Below, piece by piece: positions 40,238 to 48,327 of a DNA stretch of 64,000 bases. Each line of letters opens with the position of its first letter. Within the stretch, counting starts at the first letter, position 1. Made by a program: the position numbers and the translations under genes. The DNA lies in assembly GCA_017429985.1 (NCBI GenBank), contig JAFRNW010000019.1:13291-77290 (forward strand). Direction: 5' to 3'. Below the pieces are notes generated by a model. It made no database searches. It was not told the origin of the DNA and saw only the letters and a list, made by a program, of their open reading frames with translations. This stretch comes from Clostridia bacterium (GTDB lineage: Bacteria > Bacillota > Clostridia > Christensenellales > CAG-138).

Positions 40238-40720
40238 TCAGTCGGACCAGCTGGGCTCGTCCCCCTCTTCGGAAATGCTGACGATATCCACGGCGTTCTC
40301 AATCAATTTGATCATTTCCCATATGGAACGGAACTGGATGGTCTTGTCCGCCTCCATCCAAGTGATCCGCCCCTGCCAGCTGCTGTTCTGCCTGTGCTGG
40401 ACGCGGATGATGAAAGTGCCGATATCTCCGTGTTTCTGGAGAAGCTGTTCGTCGCTCATGACTTTGGTCCTTTCCTGATGTGATGAAAATGGTTTGTTTT
40501 GAGGGAAAAAGCTTCGTTCGTTAGTCCCAGGATGCGGAAACTGCAGTTCATCAAACAACTTTTCCATGAGAAGCGTCATCTGTCCAAGGTCCGAGAAAGG
40601 CGTGGGATCCGTCTGGTAGGCGTGGAAAAGATCCCCCGTAAATTCCCAGTCGTTTCTGTGGTCGATACAGACGACGACGGCGTTTGGTGCTGCGATATAC
40701 CACTGTGAATGCTGTTCCAT
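40238..40720 (-). CDS. Conserved hypothetical protein paired with the BTAD regulator
   Basis: VVCID...TFIIRVQHRQNSSWQGRITW...FRSIWEMIKLI; GAGGTG RBS. Confidence 0.72.
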   Translation of the reverse strand: MEQHSQWYIAAPNAVVVCIDHRNDWEFTGDLFHAYQTDPTPFSDLGQMTLLMEKLFDELQFPHPGTNERSFFPQNKPFSSHQERTKVMSDEQLLQKHGDIGTFIIRVQHRQNSSWQGRITWMEADKTIQFRSIWEMIKLIENAVDIVSISEEGDEPSWSD

Positions 40721-40731
40721 AGATGCGCACC

Positions 40732-41937
40732 TCACTCCTGCGGTGTCCAGAACACGCTGTTCACATAGTACTCGATCCCGGTGCGCTGGCGGCCGACGAG
40801 AAAGTGCGCATTGATGCGCTTCTGGATCACATTGCAGTTCTCGCGCGTGGTGTTGATAAGGAGCACCAGATACTGTCCTTTTCCGTAGCGGCACATTGCG
40901 TCACCGCGGCGGATCGAACGGCGAATTGCATCCCCCATCCTGCTGACCAGCTGATTCAGGACATCTCCCTCGCGCATGGGATTGCCTTTACTGTCCACAA
41001 TCGTGCACAGCATGATGTATACCGACTGTCCTCCGCGCTCAAGCATGCGTTCGACCATGCGATAGATTCCAAGGAACACCGGGTAGTTGCAAAGGTATCC
41101 GCCTTGCGATCTGTCGTGCGCCCCGGTAAGTTCCGACTGGATCTGATCCAAGACAGCGTGCCGGTACTGCATCTTTTCCCCGAGCCGGTCGAATTGCTCC
41201 ATGAGCCTCTTCGACGGCCTCAGACCCTGCTCGTTGAAATAAAACTGGACCGTGCTGTCATATAGCTTCCGTGCATCTTCCGCGCGTCCAAGTGAAACGA
41301 GTGCTTCCATGGTGATCGTTTCCCAATCCGCGAGAGGATCGATCCGGGCGGCATAAAGGCCAAGGTCCTCCATCTGGAAATAATCCTGACTGACTCGGAG
41401 GAGCTCAGACGCCCGCTCGACAGCGGTGCAGAACAGCTCCTTGTATCTTCTGGCTTCCCGCGCAGCCCAAACGGCGCTCGTATGAAATGTCAGGAACTCT
41501 CCGCTGTAGGCATAGCATGCTTGTAGGTAGAGGGACAGCCGTTCATCCAGATCCTTTGTATTCTCCGCCTCGTGGAACAATTCCTCAAAGGTGAAGGCAT
41601 CCACGACGGTGGGAACGGAATCCGACCAGCGAAACACGCCCTTTGTCTGTTCGATGCAGTTTTCCGCCGGAATCCCGGCTTTCAGAAGTTTCTGCTTGGT
41701 GTTGTAGATGACGCTCTGGAGCGCATGATGGATGTTGTTCATGTCCCTGTCGCTGAACAGCAGCTCTTCCAACTTGTCCCGGGACACGCCCTTTTCCTTT
41801 TCATGGATGAGGATCTGCAGAAGGCTGGTGTTCTGGGAATCGATCGCCTTGGAACCGCCGGCGACAAGTTTCCCGTTCCAACGGAGAGAAAAGCCTCCGA
41901 GCATTCTTACATACAGAACGTTTTCCTGCTCTTTCAC
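40732..41937 (-). CDS. SARP/BTAD-type transcriptional activator with C-terminal degenerate GGDEF-like domain
   Basis: VRMLGGFSL, wHTH, VDAFTFE, YSGEFL, EQGLRPS; IRRGDAMCRYGKGQYLVLL. Confidence 0.8.
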   Translation of the reverse strand: MKEQENVLYVRMLGGFSLRWNGKLVAGGSKAIDSQNTSLLQILIHEKEKGVSRDKLEELLFSDRDMNNIHHALQSVIYNTKQKLLKAGIPAENCIEQTKGVFRWSDSVPTVVDAFTFEELFHEAENTKDLDERLSLYLQACYAYSGEFLTFHTSAVWAAREARRYKELFCTAVERASELLRVSQDYFQMEDLGLYAARIDPLADWETITMEALVSLGRAEDARKLYDSTVQFYFNEQGLRPSKRLMEQFDRLGEKMQYRHAVLDQIQSELTGAHDRSQGGYLCNYPVFLGIYRMVERMLERGGQSVYIMLCTIVDSKGNPMREGDVLNQLVSRMGDAIRRSIRRGDAMCRYGKGQYLVLLINTTRENCNVIQKRINAHFLVGRQRTGIEYYVNSVFWTPQE

Positions 41938-42474
41938 TTGGATCTCCTTCGTCGCGGAGGTTTTCCGCGAAAAAACCCGATTTCATCCGCGAAAACGTCA
42001 AACACGTGCGGATTTTCTGTTCAGTAGTAACAAATCATTCTACCACGTACGGAATCTGTACGCACGTTTTTTATCGAGATAACGGTGTCAAACATCTCAT
42101 ATTCTGACATCCATTTATATGCGTTAACACGTGTTCGTTTCCTTTCGGTTGAGTCTGCTAACAAAAAACGATGAGACGTTCCGTGTTCTTTTTCAATCTC
42201 TTTTCCGCTATTCAGTTTTCAAGCTTTCCACAAAAATCGTTGATGAACCACAAAAAAAGCCCATCGTTCCGACAGGCGCTTCATATCCGCTCCGCGCCAT
42301 CGGTCAAGCTTTGGCACCTTGCCGTGCGGTCAACGAGATTGTCTCTCGCACGCTCTTTATGGCACTACGACTGTAACAGTTTGGATCCTGCGCGTCAAAG
42401 CTTTTCTACGGATCGGATCATATCACCTCATGCTTTACTGAACCGGAAAAGCCAGACCCCTGCCAACACGAGCA

Positions 42475-42503
42475 AAAGCCCCAGGAATATCGTTCCTGGG
42501 GCT
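42475..42503 (-). terminator. Terminator hairpin after the surface-protein gene
   Basis: AAGCCCCAGGAA...TTCCTGGGGCTT. Confidence 0.65.
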
Positions 42504-42549
42504 TCTGCAGACTAGCTGTGGTTCATTGTTCGTCGGAGGTTCCAATTCA

Positions 42550-45500
42550 TCAGAACGCATTCTCAATGGTGAAGAAGTCGTATTCCGGGTGCGCCTCGTC
42601 GTAGGAATCCCTGTCAAGGACCGGGGAATAGGTCGCTACCGCGATCGTTCCCGCTTCGGCGTTCAGGGTAATCATGCGGAAGAAGCCGAGGCCGTTTTCT
42701 ACGTCTGAAGCGTAGTTGTACATGATCGCGTTCGCGCTGCGTCCGTCTTCATAGGCCTTGCTCCAGCGCGCTGCGCCTTCCGCATTGCCAGAGAGGATCA
42801 GGGAAACGTTGCTGTTGACAGCGACGATCTCGGATTCGACCAGTTTGCCGAACGCTGTCAGCGTTCCATGATCGAGCGTGTCTGCCGGATTCTTTTCGAT
42901 GAAGTCATTTACAAGGAGAATCACGGTATATTCCGAATACGCGGCAAGCATGTCGTTTACGTACTGGATCCATGCCTGCTGAGCACTGCGCTCTTCATCT
43001 GTGGCATTCCCGTCGAGCACCTTCTGGCTTCCGATGCCTACCATAAGGACCTGATTGTCGGCAAACGGATGGACCCAGACGCTGCCGTTACTGTTTCTTT
43101 TTGCTGCTTCAAAGATACCGTTGCTGAGATAATCCGTATAATCTGCGTCGGCACCGACTTCGTTGCATCCCGCGATGTTCAGATAGGGAAGTTCGCCGTT
43201 CTTTCTGTTCATCCCGTCCAGCGCATCACGGATCAGCTTCCAGGCGGCTTCGTCCTTGCCGTCGGCAACCGCGTTCCCCGTCCCGATTAGAGCGGATGCT
43301 CCAAGGAATCTGTTCTCTTTCAGATACCGGATCATTGCCTGGTAGGCTTCCGCCTGTTTTCCACCCGCTGTCAGATCAGTATCCGAGGTGAGGATGAAAG
43401 ACATCGAGCCGATCATTCCGAGAGGAACCTCTTCGTCCGCAATGGTCGTGGTGGTTGATTTTTTGGTCGGAGTATCTTTTTTCGTTTCCGCCGTGAATGA
43501 ACCATGGATCGTTACATCCTGCGCCGGCATCGTGAAGGTCTCACTGTCCCATCCGCTGAATGTATACCCCTTCGCGACAGCGTTTTCCGCGATAACGACC
43601 TTGCTGCCGAATTTTCTGGCCGTTGCTTCCGGAAGCTCGGATGCACCGGAAGGAACCTTGCCGGAGTACTCATAGGAAACCGTGTACTGATTGCGGTCGT
43701 AATAGAGGTTCAGGACCAGGGAATCGTCCAGTGCGACCGTTCCGTCGGATATGGACGCTGCTTCATTGTAGCGGAAACCTTCGTAGCTGTTGGCGTCCAC
43801 GCTGATCGCTTTTCCGGTCAGAGCGCTTTCTTCTTTCTTCTCGGCGAGCGTGTATCCGTCTGTGTCCGCATTTTCGAGGTAATGGTTGACCGTGTACAGG
43901 GAGGCCGGAACATGGCTGTTGGTGATCACTGCGCGGTTTGCGCCATCGCTTGCAACGGCCTTTTCATATCCGTCCGCAACTTCCGTTTCATCCGCGCTGT
44001 ACCGGATCAGCTGATCGGCAGCATAGGCGTCCAGACCCGAGAAGGTGTAAGACCATCCGTTTGCTTCGGAAAGGACCGCTGTCCTGCCTTTGACCGGTTT
44101 TCCGTTTGCAAGAAGCTGCACGGAGACGCTGCCCGGACGGATCCCGTCCTTGTCGTCCGCGTCGTTCCAGACTTTCCGGACGGAAAAGCTTGTCGTGTAT
44201 TTCGCGTAGACGTTGTATTCCTTCGCAGTATTCGCATTCGATGTAACTGCGGGGAGTTTATACTCGAATCCCTTGGAAAGGAGTTCCCCTTTCTCGTTGT
44301 ACCAGCCCTTGAACGAGATATCCGCCTTGGATTCTTCTTTCGTCAGGGAAGGCTCATAGCTGTACACGGAGATTCCGGACTTGAACTGCTCCTCGCTGTG
44401 TGCCAGCGTGCCTTTCACATACCAGTTGACCGTAACGGAGGGTTGCCATTTCGCAAGGAAGGTAATGGTCTTCGTGCTCCCGGGCGCCTGATCCGCGCCG
44501 TCATAGGTGAAAGATCGTCCGGCAGTATAGATCGAACCGTCATCGGTGTTGTACCAGTGAACAAACCTGTAGTGACTGACCGGTGTCTTTTTCGACGGAT
44601 CCGAGAACGTATGGGTGAAGCTGGAGGCGGAATCAAGATTGCTCCAGGAACCGGAACCGGTAGAAACGTTGTCGATATAACGGTAGTTCAAATACCAGTT
44701 CTGCGTCACTTCGTATACCGGGGAGATGCTGATGCGGAGATCGCCGTTTTCATCTTCGGTGAACAGTCTTGTCGAACCATCGGTGAAGTAGACCGTTGCT
44801 TCGTTGACACCGCCGGAGGACTTGTTGCAACGGAACGCGATCTTGGAGATCTCGCTGCTGCCGCCGGCCAGCGTGAATGCGTTCAGGAACTTGTAATTCG
44901 CTCCGATCCCGGAAGCTGTCCGGTTCTTGCCGCCCACATAGGAGAAGAATCCGCTGATCAGTTTGGTCTGGTTGGATGCCGTGAACGATACATACTTTGT
45001 CGCAGGAACTGCTTTTCCGCCGACAGCGCTTACGGTTGCGTCATAGATGCCGGTAATCGCAACGACGATGGACCCTTTGCTGAGCGTGTCGTATGCGGCG
45101 GTATAGGTCTTGTCTCCGCTGACGGACACGACGTTCGGCGTGAATTTCGAAAAGACATAGTAGTTTTTGTCGCTTTCAGCAGATTCCCGGACGGGCGTCT
45201 CTCCGCTGTATGCGGGAATGGAACCCTTCGCGGCGTATTCTTCCTTCAGCACTGATCCGTCCCAGTTTGTCCAGGTGATCAGGTACATTTCCGAAAAGAC
45301 CGCGGTGTAGACCTGATCGCTGTCCGCTTCCTTGACCGCGGGAGTCCAGCCTTTGAACTGATATCTGCACTTCGCAGAAGCCGCTTTCTCGGGGACTGCG
45401 CCAGTATACGAGGGAATAATTCCCTCTTCCACTTCTTTTGTCATAAGGACTGTTCCGTCCGCGTTTTTCCAGGTAATGGTATAGAACACGGGAACAAGCT

Positions 45501-46125
45501 TGGTCTCTTCCTCTTCCGCGTCTTTGAACGTTTCTTCCTCTTCGGTTTCGAGAGCTTCGGGCAGAGCTTCTGCGATTTCTTCTTTCACCTCAGAAAGCTC
45601 TTCTGCATTTTTATCGGTATCCGCTCCGGAAGCTTCCGCGGCGGACTCCTCGGCTTTCTCCTCTTTCAGGGCCTCGGAGAGATCGGCAATCTCCTTGTCG
45701 CCAGCCTCTTCGACGGCTTCAGAAGCAGCCTGCTCCTCCTCCTTCTCTTCCCGGATTGAAGCCTCATTGACCTTAACGGAATCCGCTTCTTTGATTTCGG
45801 CGTTTTCCGCTTTCTTTTCTTCGGCAGCTGCCGCGATTTCGCTGGAAGCCGGCTTGCTTTCGGCCCTGTCTGCGACGTCTTCCGCCTTTGCTTCCTCAGC
45901 TGTGCTGGTTTTCTCTTCTGATTCCTGCTTGGCAGGACGGATCTCTTCTTTCATTTCCGAAGACTCAGAAGCTTTTTCCGTCTCCTTGACCGCCGACTTA
46001 TCTGCGATCGGTTCAGACGGCATGTCCGACACATCGGATCCGTCGGCAAGAGCCGTCGGAACGAGCGCCGCAAGCATCATAACAGCGAGTGTCAGGGAAA
46101 GGATTCTCTTCAAAAACGACTTCAT
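42550..46125 (-). CDS. Large secreted/surface protein (acidic spacer, B-repeat/CnaB/MucBP-like modules, degenerate phosphoesterase-like C terminus)
   Basis: Signal peptide; YTITWKNADG repeats; CnaB-like KVWNDADDKDGIRPGSVSVQLLANG; FTMPAQDVTIHGSF; IADEEVPL. Confidence 0.85.
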   Translation of the reverse strand: MKSFLKRILSLTLAVMMLAALVPTALADGSDVSDMPSEPIADKSAVKETEKASESSEMKEEIRPAKQESEEKTSTAEEAKAEDVADRAESKPASSEIAAAAEEKKAENAEIKEADSVKVNEASIREEKEEEQAASEAVEEAGDKEIADLSEALKEEKAEESAAEASGADTDKNAEELSEVKEEIAEALPEALETEEEETFKDAEEEETKLVPVFYTITWKNADGTVLMTKEVEEGIIPSYTGAVPEKAASAKCRYQFKGWTPAVKEADSDQVYTAVFSEMYLITWTNWDGSVLKEEYAAKGSIPAYSGETPVRESAESDKNYYVFSKFTPNVVSVSGDKTYTAAYDTLSKGSIVVAITGIYDATVSAVGGKAVPATKYVSFTASNQTKLISGFFSYVGGKNRTASGIGANYKFLNAFTLAGGSSEISKIAFRCNKSSGGVNEATVYFTDGSTRLFTEDENGDLRISISPVYEVTQNWYLNYRYIDNVSTGSGSWSNLDSASSFTHTFSDPSKKTPVSHYRFVHWYNTDDGSIYTAGRSFTYDGADQAPGSTKTITFLAKWQPSVTVNWYVKGTLAHSEEQFKSGISVYSYEPSLTKEESKADISFKGWYNEKGELLSKGFEYKLPAVTSNANTAKEYNVYAKYTTSFSVRKVWNDADDKDGIRPGSVSVQLLANGKPVKGRTAVLSEANGWSYTFSGLDAYAADQLIRYSADETEVADGYEKAVASDGANRAVITNSHVPASLYTVNHYLENADTDGYTLAEKKEESALTGKAISVDANSYEGFRYNEAASISDGTVALDDSLVLNLYYDRNQYTVSYEYSGKVPSGASELPEATARKFGSKVVIAENAVAKGYTFSGWDSETFTMPAQDVTIHGSFTAETKKDTPTKKSTTTTIADEEVPLGMIGSMSFILTSDTDLTAGGKQAEAYQAMIRYLKENRFLGASALIGTGNAVADGKDEAAWKLIRDALDGMNRKNGELPYLNIAGCNEVGADADYTDYLSNGIFEAAKRNSNGSVWVHPFADNQVLMVGIGSQKVLDGNATDEERSAQQAWIQYVNDMLAAYSEYTVILLVNDFIEKNPADTLDHGTLTAFGKLVESEIVAVNSNVSLILSGNAEGAARWSKAYEDGRSANAIMYNYASDVENGLGFFRMITLNAEAGTIAVATYSPVLDRDSYDEAHPEYDFFTIENAF

Positions 46126-46248
46126 TTGGAACCTCCGGTTTCGGATCCGCCGCAGCAGATCTCTTTTTCATGTCTTTAGTCTAACCGGGGTGCTGTCACT
46201 AAAATAATCAAAAAAAGCAGAATAAAAAGGTAATTTATCAAAAATTTA

Positions 46249-46410
46249 GGATCTTCAACAAAAGTTGTGGAAAGCTTGCCTCGTTGAAGGCAGTGATAGG
46301 TATTTGATCAAGGTAAAGAAGTAGTCGTCATTGCGGTATCCGCAGCCGACACGCTTCGTGACCTTGGTCTTATTATTGAATCCTTCCAGCTTTCCGGTAC
46401 TGATCGGATA
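46249..46410 (-). mobile_element. ISL3-family transposase 3' remnant with right end
   Basis: YPISTGKLEGFNNKTKVTKRVGCGYRNDDYFF; end CCACAACTTTTGTTGAAGATCC. Confidence 0.8.
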
Positions 46411-46651
46411 AACCGTTTTAAGATCCTTGACCTGAAACACGCCTATACACTCGTGTTTGAGTACATTGAAGCTTTTTACAATACCGTCAGAATCCATAGC
46501 CATTGTAATTACATGTCCCCTGATCAGTTCGAAAAGCTTTACCGCAAGCTCACCGTTGCTTAAGGGGATGACCAGGAACCTGTTCTCAGTATTTATTCTC
46601 TATGTGGAAAATCTCTCATTTTAATTTGCGCTAAATCTTGACATAGGACCA
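46411..46651 (+). mobile_element. IS3-family transposase 3' remnant with right inverted repeat
   Basis: Manual translation NRFKILDLKHAYTLVFEYIEAFYNTVRIHSHCNYMSPDQFE; ends ...TCTTGACATAGGACCA. Confidence 0.78.
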
Positions 46652-46798
46652 CACGGATACCCTTCTCGAGATCATCCGTAATCTCTTTCATTCTTTCATG
46701 TTGCTGATCTGCATCTCTGTCTCCTCTTTTTTGGTAAAAGAAAAACGCCTGCAAAGCAGACGTTTAACCAGACAAACTGGAATTTGTCAGTGTGCCGG

Positions 46799-47671
46799 TC
46801 AAAGTGATCTCTGCATACAATACATGGTATGCCCCTTCGGATAATCCTCAAGCACGCCGGTCACTGTCCCATAACCATTCTTTCGGAAAAACCCAACGTT
46901 CCAATCATATGCTTCAAGAAACACGACGTCGGCCCCGTTTTCTTTGGCCTCCCGCTCATACTCGCGGAGCAGCCGGGTACCGATCCCTTGCCCCCGGTAT
47001 GGCTCGTCCACCCAGAGCGCATCGATATCCGTGCCGTTCCATCCGTCTACGCCACCGACAAGACCGGCTATGATCCTGCCGTTCTCATCCGTGACCTTTT
47101 TCTCGATGGAAACGTATTCGTGCCCGCGCGGCGCGAATGCTTCGACGTGTCTGCGCAGTCTGCCGGAGAGGAACTCCGCATCCTCTTTGCCGCCCGGGAC
47201 GATCTCATATTTATTGGTGTTTGAAGGATCGTGTTCAATTGCGGTTTGATCGAGCCTTTTCGTCATGAAATAGTGCTCATGTCCCTTCGGAACACCCGTC
47301 ATCGTGTCATTCACCATATAGCCGTGGTTTTCGTAGAACGATTTTGCCTGAAAATCGAAAGTTCCGACCATGGCGAGATAGCAGTCAAGCTCTTTTGCTC
47401 TCTTCTCAGTCTCCTTGATCAGCGCGGAGGCAATACCCTGACGACGGTATGCTTCCTCTACCCACAGATCGAATATCGACGCTGTCTTCCGTTCATCGAC
47501 TGTCAGAATACATCCGCCGAGAAGACTTCCTTTTTCATCTGTGACTTTATACACGAATTCTTCTTCCTCGGCACCTTCTTCAGGCGGAGCGATGGTATCG
47601 AACACCCGGCCTGCCTGTTCTTCAATGTATTCAGCGTCTTCTTCAGAACAATGCATCATATTGAATGACAT
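46799..47671 (-). CDS. Tandem-domain GNAT acetyltransferase
   Basis: Two GNAT repeats: LWVEEAYRRQGIA and LWVDEPYRGQGIG. Confidence 0.9.
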   Translation of the reverse strand: MSFNMMHCSEEDAEYIEEQAGRVFDTIAPPEEGAEEEEFVYKVTDEKGSLLGGCILTVDERKTASIFDLWVEEAYRRQGIASALIKETEKRAKELDCYLAMVGTFDFQAKSFYENHGYMVNDTMTGVPKGHEHYFMTKRLDQTAIEHDPSNTNKYEIVPGGKEDAEFLSGRLRRHVEAFAPRGHEYVSIEKKVTDENGRIIAGLVGGVDGWNGTDIDALWVDEPYRGQGIGTRLLREYEREAKENGADVVFLEAYDWNVGFFRKNGYGTVTGVLEDYPKGHTMYCMQRSL

Positions 47672-48006
47672 TTCATTTCCTCCTCAAATCCCGATTAGCT
47701 GAGATCATTATCCCAAAGAAGGAATGTCATCGCAACCGCGGGAAGTCAATGTTTTCAATGACTTTATCGGATGAATTTTCATTCGGAATCATTGTATATA
47801 TGAGGGAGGAGACAACCGGGAAAAAGACGATAAATACCTGTCAAAAAAACATGATTAAAATAAAAATGTAGTAAAATGTAGTAAATCTGAAAAAACAGCT
47901 TAGAAAATGGTCGTTGAAAATGTATAAAAGCACGGTTTATGCATTTAGAATGGAAGGCTGATGCTGATCCGAGTTGTACCCCCATCAATAACGGAAGCGA
48001 AAAAAT

Positions 48007-48042
48007 AAAAGTCCCGAAAACGTTGATTTTTCGGGACTTTTT
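48007..48042 (-). terminator. Terminator after tRNA-Arg
   Basis: AAAAGTCCCGAAAA...TTTTCGGGACTTTT. Confidence 0.75.
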
Positions 48043-48119
48043 TGGCGTGCCTGGGAGGATTCGAACCTCTGCCCTTTGGAGTCGGAGTCCAACGCTCTTT
48101 CCAGCTGAGCTACAGGCAC
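48043..48119 (-). tRNA. tRNA-Arg(CCG), intact, 77 nt
   Basis: GTGCCTGTAGCTCAGCTGGAAAGAGCGTTGGA-CTCCGAC-TCCAAAGGGCAGAGGTTCGAATCCTCCCAGGCACGCCA forms a cloverleaf with encoded CCA. Confidence 0.95.
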
Positions 48120-48162
48120 ACAATAAAGTTTATGCATTTTTCAAGAACCATAGACCGTCAGC

Positions 48163-48201
48163 GTCGGAGTCTGTCACTCTATCCAACTGAGCTACAGGCA
48201 C
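48163..48201 (-). pseudogene. Orphan 5' half of the original tRNA-Arg(CCG) (attL-like)
   Basis: GTGCCTGTAGCTCAGTTGGATAGAGTGACAGA-CTCCGAC; its ACAGA pairs with TCTGT of the 3' half at 30115-30159. Confidence 0.92.
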
Positions 48202-48298
48202 AGGGCGCGGCTGGGATTCATGGACCGGCGTACCGGAAGCGTGACCCGTTCGTGATCACCCCGCGGATCTTTCCGCGATGGTTTTGCGCGCGAAAATA

Positions 48299-48327
48299 AT
48301 TATATCACATCGATTCAGTCAGGACAA
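48299..48327 (-). promoter_or_regulatory. Promoter of the tRNA locus
   Basis: TTGTCC-17bp-TATAAT with extended TG. Confidence 0.65.

Larger units (their letters stand above)
37889..48169. mobile_element. tRNA-Arg-integrated cassette 2 (about 10.3 kb, no integrase seen) carrying a complete tRNA
   Basis: Cores at 37889-37895 and 48163-48169; identical 27-mer AAAATGTAGTAAAATGTAGTAAATCTG at 37673-37699 and 47863-47889. Confidence 0.8.

Noticed and set aside
30160-48162. Prophage or ICE
   Set aside because: No integrase, structural, relaxase or T4SS genes are recognisable in the ORF track.
30115-48201. Trans-spliced split tRNA (archaeal style)
   Set aside because: The halves overlap by a duplicated 7-bp core, have no complementary leader/trailer or BHB motif that I can see, and are flanked by att-like arms. 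Integration explains them better.
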